Assembly: GCF_009914755.1 (NCBI RefSeq)
Contig: NC_060926.1
Length of the DNA: 64,000 nucleotides
From: the human T2T-CHM13v2.0 reference genome, Homo sapiens
Direction: 5' to 3' (one strand)
The notes under the pieces are model-generated. The model saw only the letters and a list, made by a program, of their open reading frames with translations. It had not been told where the DNA came from and made no database searches. The position numbers and the translations under genes are program-made. Shown here in pieces: positions 58,425-64,000 of this stretch. Positions within the stretch are counted from its first letter, which is position 1; each line of letters opens with the position of its first letter.

Positions 58425-59469
58425 ACCAGCCTCTTGATTTTTTTTCCAACCCTCACTGGGTGGTTTGAATGCAAATGCTAATTGGGTTCAGCTGAAAGCC
58501 ACAGTTGAACCAGTGACCTTAGATTGTTGATTAACACACCAATTGCACCATTTTACCACTCACAAAAGGAACAGGTCAGAATGCTATCTAAGTGGTTACA
58601 GATATGTGTCATAGTTTCACCAGATTCCCAACGTGTAAAAATGGTTATCCTTATTTCCTGGATGAGTAAAAGGAGGCTCAGCAAATTTAAGCCAGGATTG
58701 CAGCTTGGGTCTTGGGACTGCCTCTTAGTGGCCCCCATGGTTGGCTTCCCTTCTCCTACCTTGGCCCCTGAGATGCGGGAGGGGTTGGCTGCCAGGGCCC
58801 CTCTCGCGGGGGAAGGTAGTGGGGTGGGCCTGGCTCCCCAGATGGCCACAGTGGAGACAGGGCAGGCACTGGGTCAGCCCAGGTGGGTGGGAGAAGGTGC
58901 CATTGAAGGCTGGTAAAAAAGGGGTGAAGTGCTGTCACTTCCTTCCCAACTTGGGCCTCCTGCAACAGAAGGGCGCCGAGCCCTTGTGGCGATCCTGAGG
59001 GCACTACAGCAGCTGCTGAAAGTGATTCTTAACCAGGAGCTGGCCCTCAGGGGCAGCCAGCATCATGGCCTCTCCCTGGTTCCCTGCTTGCCCTAGACAT
59101 GTGTTAAGGGCTCTGGGTGGGCCCTAAGCCCCAGCTGCTGGCTCATCTGGCAGCCACTGTTCTTCTCTTGGCTCAGCTTGACCATCCCATCAAAGGAAAA
59201 GCATGGCATGAATGGGAAGGCTTAGGGCTTGGCAGGAGACTGACCTTGGCTCTCAGAGTGGGGAGCCCTGGAGCCAGGGAAATCTAGCAGGAGGGATGGC
59301 CTCAGGTCCTTCAGGGGTCCTGGATACGGTCAGCACTGGGGGTGCCACTGGTGCCATCCAGCTTAGGGACATATGGATTCCTTCTCTCAGACTCCTCTGC
59401 CTGCCCCCTCTGCTCTCCTTTCCAGCGTTCACAACCCTGCCTCTCCCCGCGGAATGCCTGACTCCACAC

Positions 59470-59650
59470 CACATGCATTAAAGCTGCCATCTGTACCGCC
59501 CTCATGGTGTGCCAGGCATCCAAGTATTTTACATACACACACACACACAATGTCAGTCAATCCTTGCAATACCCAAGTGAGGAAGGTATTACTACCATTA
59601 TCTCCGTTTTACAGATCAGAAAACTGAGAAGTGAAGAGTATAGGGAAGTC
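59470..59650 (-). mobile_element. MIR
   Basis: gtgccaggca...aggtattactaccattatctccgttttacagatcagaaaactgag. Confidence 0.8.
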
Positions 59651-60000
59651 TGCGTGGCTCCGGCCAGGCTGCTGCTGGAGGACCTCTACCTTCTCACCCC
59701 CAAGGACATGGGCATGGTGTTGATGGAGAAAGGAAATGGCTCACTCCGGGGGGTGTCCCTCATTCTGGTCCTCTTGAGCAGTCACTCTTCCATCTGTCCT
59801 GATGGTCATGGCTGGGAATCATGGCTGGGAATGGGGTCAACAGAGAAGAGCTTCCTCCCTCTTCTTCTTCCTTTATGTCTTTTCATCTCTGCCCACTCTC
59901 TACATCTTTTCCTTTCTCCCTTCTCACTTTATGTTTCTTTTATCTGCATTTCTCTCTCTCTCTCCCCGTCTCCTCTCTCTTTCCCCCACACCCCCGCCCC

Positions 60001-60267
60001 CAGGGTCTTGCTCTGTCACCCAGGCTGGAATGCAGTGGCACAAACAGGCTCACTGAAGCCTCGACCTCCTGGGCTCAAGCGATCCTCTCACCTCAGCCTC
60101 CCAAGTAGCTGGGACCACAGGTGCATAGCACTACACCCAGCTAATTTTTAAAATTTTTTGTAGAGGCAGGGGTCTCACTATGTTGCCCAGGCTGGTCTCA
60201 AACTCCTGGACTCGTGCCTCGGCGTCCCATAGTGCTGGGATTACAGGTGTGAGCCACCTCTGCCAGC
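60001..60267 (-). mobile_element. AluJ, preceded by a CT-rich tract (59850-60000)
   Basis: 'gcctcgacctcctgggctcaagcgatcctc' J diagnostics. Confidence 0.93.
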
Positions 60268-63200
60268 TGGATTCTTTCAGCCCCAGCCTAGGCAGTCGCA
60301 CCTGGCCTGCACCCTCTCAGCCCTGTATCTGCCTCTGGGTGTACCCGCTGCACAGAGCATCCCAACCCGTGGACTTGGGAGATGGATGGCTATCAAGCAG
60401 CCATTTTCTCTGTGTGCGACTTCTCACACTCTTCTGTTAGCCCCACTGCTCCATCACACTGGCACCCCCAGGGCAGGGTTTGTGCCTCCCTCACCAGTTG
60501 GAGACACTACCCCTTCTCCTCAGATCCTCTCTCTGCCCCCCTCACCCTTCCTTGTTTCACTGGCTATCCTTTGGGCCCTCTGGATCTGGGGCTGTGTGCT
60601 TGGTGTGGGCCAGCACAGAGCAACAGGGGCCCAGACACACCCAGAAAGAGCTCCCTGGAGGGCAGAAAGGCAAGCCAGGGAAGAGGTCAGCCTTGCAGAG
60701 TGTTGCTTTTTTGGCTTTTCTGAAAGTTGCGAAAATGTGGCTTTGTCTGAGCGAGTTAAAACAAAAAAATCAATGGTACCTCCCACAGATGATACTGTTG
60801 CTCAGGCTCCTGGAGCCACAGTTGGTAGACAAATAACACATAAAAATAGCCTGTGTTTCCCAATCTTATGGCCTCTGGGGGCTGCAGGGGGAGAGGCCTT
60901 GGCTGAGCAGGGTTTTCTGGCCCATTGTTTGCCTGCCCTGGGTTAGGGGTGGGCGTGGGGGCTGTTCGTGGGCACAGCAATTCCCGGTCAAAGAAGGGAG
61001 GAGGGTGAGTTCTTGGCGAGGATGAGCAAGATAACGCACACTTGAATGGGGTAGCTGTTTGATGTTTATTTTTCCTTTCCCAGGCCAAGAAATTTAGCAC
61101 ACTCCATTTTGAACTTCAGTTTCCACCAACTTTTTCCCCCAGCCTTTTCTTTTTTCTGAAAGTGTGCAAGGAGGACTGAGATACAAGGTCTTATTTCCAT
61201 CTGGCCTCTGGCCCAGGAGCCTCGACCAAAAAGTTACTTAAGTCATATTTCCATCATTTGCAGATGGCTGTGTATTTATTTCTCACCAAAGTAAAATCCC
61301 AAATGGGCTTCAGATATTTGCACGAGTCAAAACTGCTTCCTCCTGGCAGGGCTAGGAAAGGGGCTTTGATCCTTCTGAGAAAACAGAAATGTTGGCCCTG
61401 GCCCAGAGAGGATGGTGCATTTAGGGGTTCCCATAACTACCCAAGATCCAGGCCCTGATGGGGTGAAGTGAGCTCTGGGGGCTGGAGAAGCCATATCCCT
61501 GAGATGGGCACAGGGCTTTGAGAAGCAAGCTGGAGACAGCTGAGTGATGAGGGCAGAAATCAATGCAGGTGGGGTCACCGAGCAGGTGAGTGGCCCAGAG
61601 TAACCCTCTGGAGGACCAGCCACCATCTGAACTCTGTGAGCAAGCCTGTGTGTGGAGGAAAAGCCAAACTGTGGAAAATTACTTGGGGAGAAACTGCCGC
61701 TCCCAGACACAGGGCCTGCTGTTGGGCCTGTGTTGTCGGCCCCGTCTCTTTCTTTGCGCCCTCATCCCCAGGGCGCTGAGCCTGGCACAGGGAGACAGCC
61801 GTGGCCTGAGTGCCCAGGCTGGTTCATCCCTGGGTCAGGAAGGGCAGCCCAGTTTGTGCTGTGGTAGGGCCTCTCCCTGGCACCAGGGGTGCCCTCACCT
61901 CCAGGGCAGAAATCCATTCAGGACTCACTGTCCCCCTCCCCATGTCCCACCTCCTGGCTCCTAGGAGGAGAGGGTCTGAGTGAGCATGGTGAGGGCCTCT
62001 CCGAGTAGGGGAGGACCCCTTAGGGCTGAGGAGGGCAAACTGGAGGGACCACAAAGGTGAAGAGAATGGCAGCCAGCCGAATGCCAAAAACTGGCTTTCC
62101 AATCACTTCTCTCCTCTCCCCATTCCTGTTGCGGTTTGTGGATGTCCAGTGCACATCTGCATCGCTCCCTCTGCTTCTTGGCTCTCGTTTTCCTCTGTTT
62201 TGGCTTCAGGCATCCCTTGCAACAGTGCTGATCTCTGTAAAGTGAATCCTGTGTTCCTGTTGCCATGCATTTTGAGACCTCAGATGTGTTCCCATAGCTT
62301 TGGGAAGGGGCATATGAGCCCCCAGGGGAGCTGAAGGCTGCGTAGAGGAACAGACCCTATGCATGGATGAGGCGGAATACTGCGAATATCACTGTGCCAC
62401 TTCCAGAACTTTCCAGGGTTCCTCAGGGCTATCCTTCCTGAAACCCTTTTCTCAGCCCCACACAACTCCTCTTAGGCTGGGGATGTCTTGCCATCACTCT
62501 CACTACAGGGCCAGAGTGGGACCCTATGCCCCAGGGTCTGAATTTCTGGGTGGAGCCCCTGGTAAATTCAGCACTACTTTGCAGGGAGCTGGGACTCAAT
62601 GTCTCTGGCCTCCTGCTTGGTTCTTCCCGGTTCGCATCTCTGGCTCTCTTTGGCTCTTTTCTCTCCAGGTCAGCCAGCAGGCCCTCCTCCCTACCCCGTC
62701 CCCTCCCTCTCTCCCCACATCTTGGCTCCACGCTCTGTTTTCCTTTAGGACTTGCTTTCAAAGAGCACCAAGTTGGCCACTAGCGTCTCTGGCCTGGCCC
62801 ACCTTAAAGCCTGACCCTGACTCATGGTCCTGGTCCCGACAGGACGTGGTTCACACCGGTTTAGAAAACTCTGGACGGCAAAGTCACAAACCATCTGCAC
62901 CCTCTTCTTCCGCCCCAGACGTTATTTATGTGTGTGGCTTTGTGTTCGTTGCTAAATGCGGCCTGTGTGAAGGCTGTTAATTAACCCTTTGAGAAATGCG
63001 CTTCCCATCGGGGCAGGGACAGGAACAAGGAGCATGCTTCTAATCACCGAAGATTTATCCTGCTTCAGACGAGGCGTTTAATGAAGGCAGGGGAAGGGGC
63101 TGGAGGAGATGCCCTTCGAAGCGGTTTAAAGAAAGCCCGTTTTGTGCACGCAGATTGTCAGAAGGGCAGGAAATTCTAAATCAACTGTGCTCCTGGGCCT

Positions 63201-64000
63201 CAGTGAGGGGACAGGGGGTGCATACAGGGAGGGGGAGGGGGCCTGTGGGGTCGGGGGAGGTCTAGGGGCACAGGCCGGCTATCAGGAAGCAGGGCCAGGC
63301 AGCTCTCCTGGGATGAGCTGTGTAGTCACTCAACTCTTTGGCCGTCTGTAAAATGGGACCGCGTCTCGCCTGCCTCCTCCCTCCAGGGCATCCATGGAGG
63401 GGACTGTAGAACAGAGTTGGAGGAGCCGCTTATAATACAAACAGTCATCAAAGAGTGACCATGCTGTGGGTGCCTTGGGAGGTGGGTGGGGGTGACAAAG
63501 TGAAAAGAGGGACTTTCTTTCCCAGTGAGGGAGGGTGAGCTCTGGGGTCAGGGTGTTCATAAGCTTTCCAGGGGGCCCTCTAGTTCCTCACCTGTAAAGT
63601 GAGAGGCATTCTGGAATCTTCACAGCTGGCTGTAGGATTATGGGTTTCCTGACACTGAAAACAACCTTTCTTCCGAAAAAGGAGAAATTCAGTTTTGGGT
63701 TTCACTCCCCCTTGGTTTCCCAGCCCAAGGCGCATCACGGTTCCCACCCTTCCCAGATGCACTGAGGGTGGTACTGGCTGGAGGGGTTGGGGGAGGAGGG
63801 CAAGCGGGAAGTCCCAGGACATCCCAGCTGGGCGTGGGGGCTGAGGGACGGAGTGGGCCACAGAAGCCCGCTGATATTTATAACTGCGACTCTTTACATT
63901 CTGTATAAAGGCATGCCTAAAAAGCACCATTGAGGGAGGGCTCAGACGCCTGCCCGCACGCAGCCAAGCTTCCTGTCAAAGCCGAATGAGCTCAGAAAAC

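Noticed and set aside
59504-60151. Longest ORF (215 aa) with a hydrophobic stretch
   Set aside because: It runs through a MIR, a CT-rich tract (the source of the L/S/F run) and an antisense AluJ.
62363-62980. 205-aa ATG-initiated ORF
   Set aside because: No recognisable homology or domain; composition is typical of a random GC-rich frame.
63870-63912. TATA-like tatttataa / tataaa near the window end
   Set aside because: No supporting CpG island or initiator context; such hexamers are common.

Overview
Primate (human-like) non-coding genomic DNA, intergenic or deep intronic, GC-rich overall, with no CpG island. I cannot support any protein-coding exon, RNA gene or CRISPR array. The supplied ORFs are chance frames or read through Alu, MIR or low-complexity DNA. 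The window is rich in transposable elements: about 25 Alus (J, S, Y; many with readable target-site duplications, TSDs), MIRs, L2 and old L1 fragments, MaLR LTRs (several MLT1 and a full THE1 solo LTR with a 5-bp TSD), and DNA-transposon relics (MER58A, MER2, MER5, MER33, MER63). The best unexpected signal is a ~246-bp insert at 12715-12960 that reads as a diverged copy of the mitochondrial control region (CSB1, CSB2, CSB3 in the correct order). It sits between two copies of an unusually long 37-38-bp direct repeat. Other notable items: a decayed class-I ERV pol/integrase fossil (~15100-17100); a tiny polyadenylated MER4-like LTR retrocopy with an L1-type TSD (25489-25582); a 54-bp dispersed duplicate with a hairpin; a perfect 38-bp duplication inside an Alu; a 40-bp minisatellite; near-consensus ZNF143 and CTCF motifs; and TE-poor blocks with clustered homeodomain motifs that look like enhancers. 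Repeat family and subfamily calls are from remembered consensus sequences, not a database search, and old-repeat boundaries are approximate.
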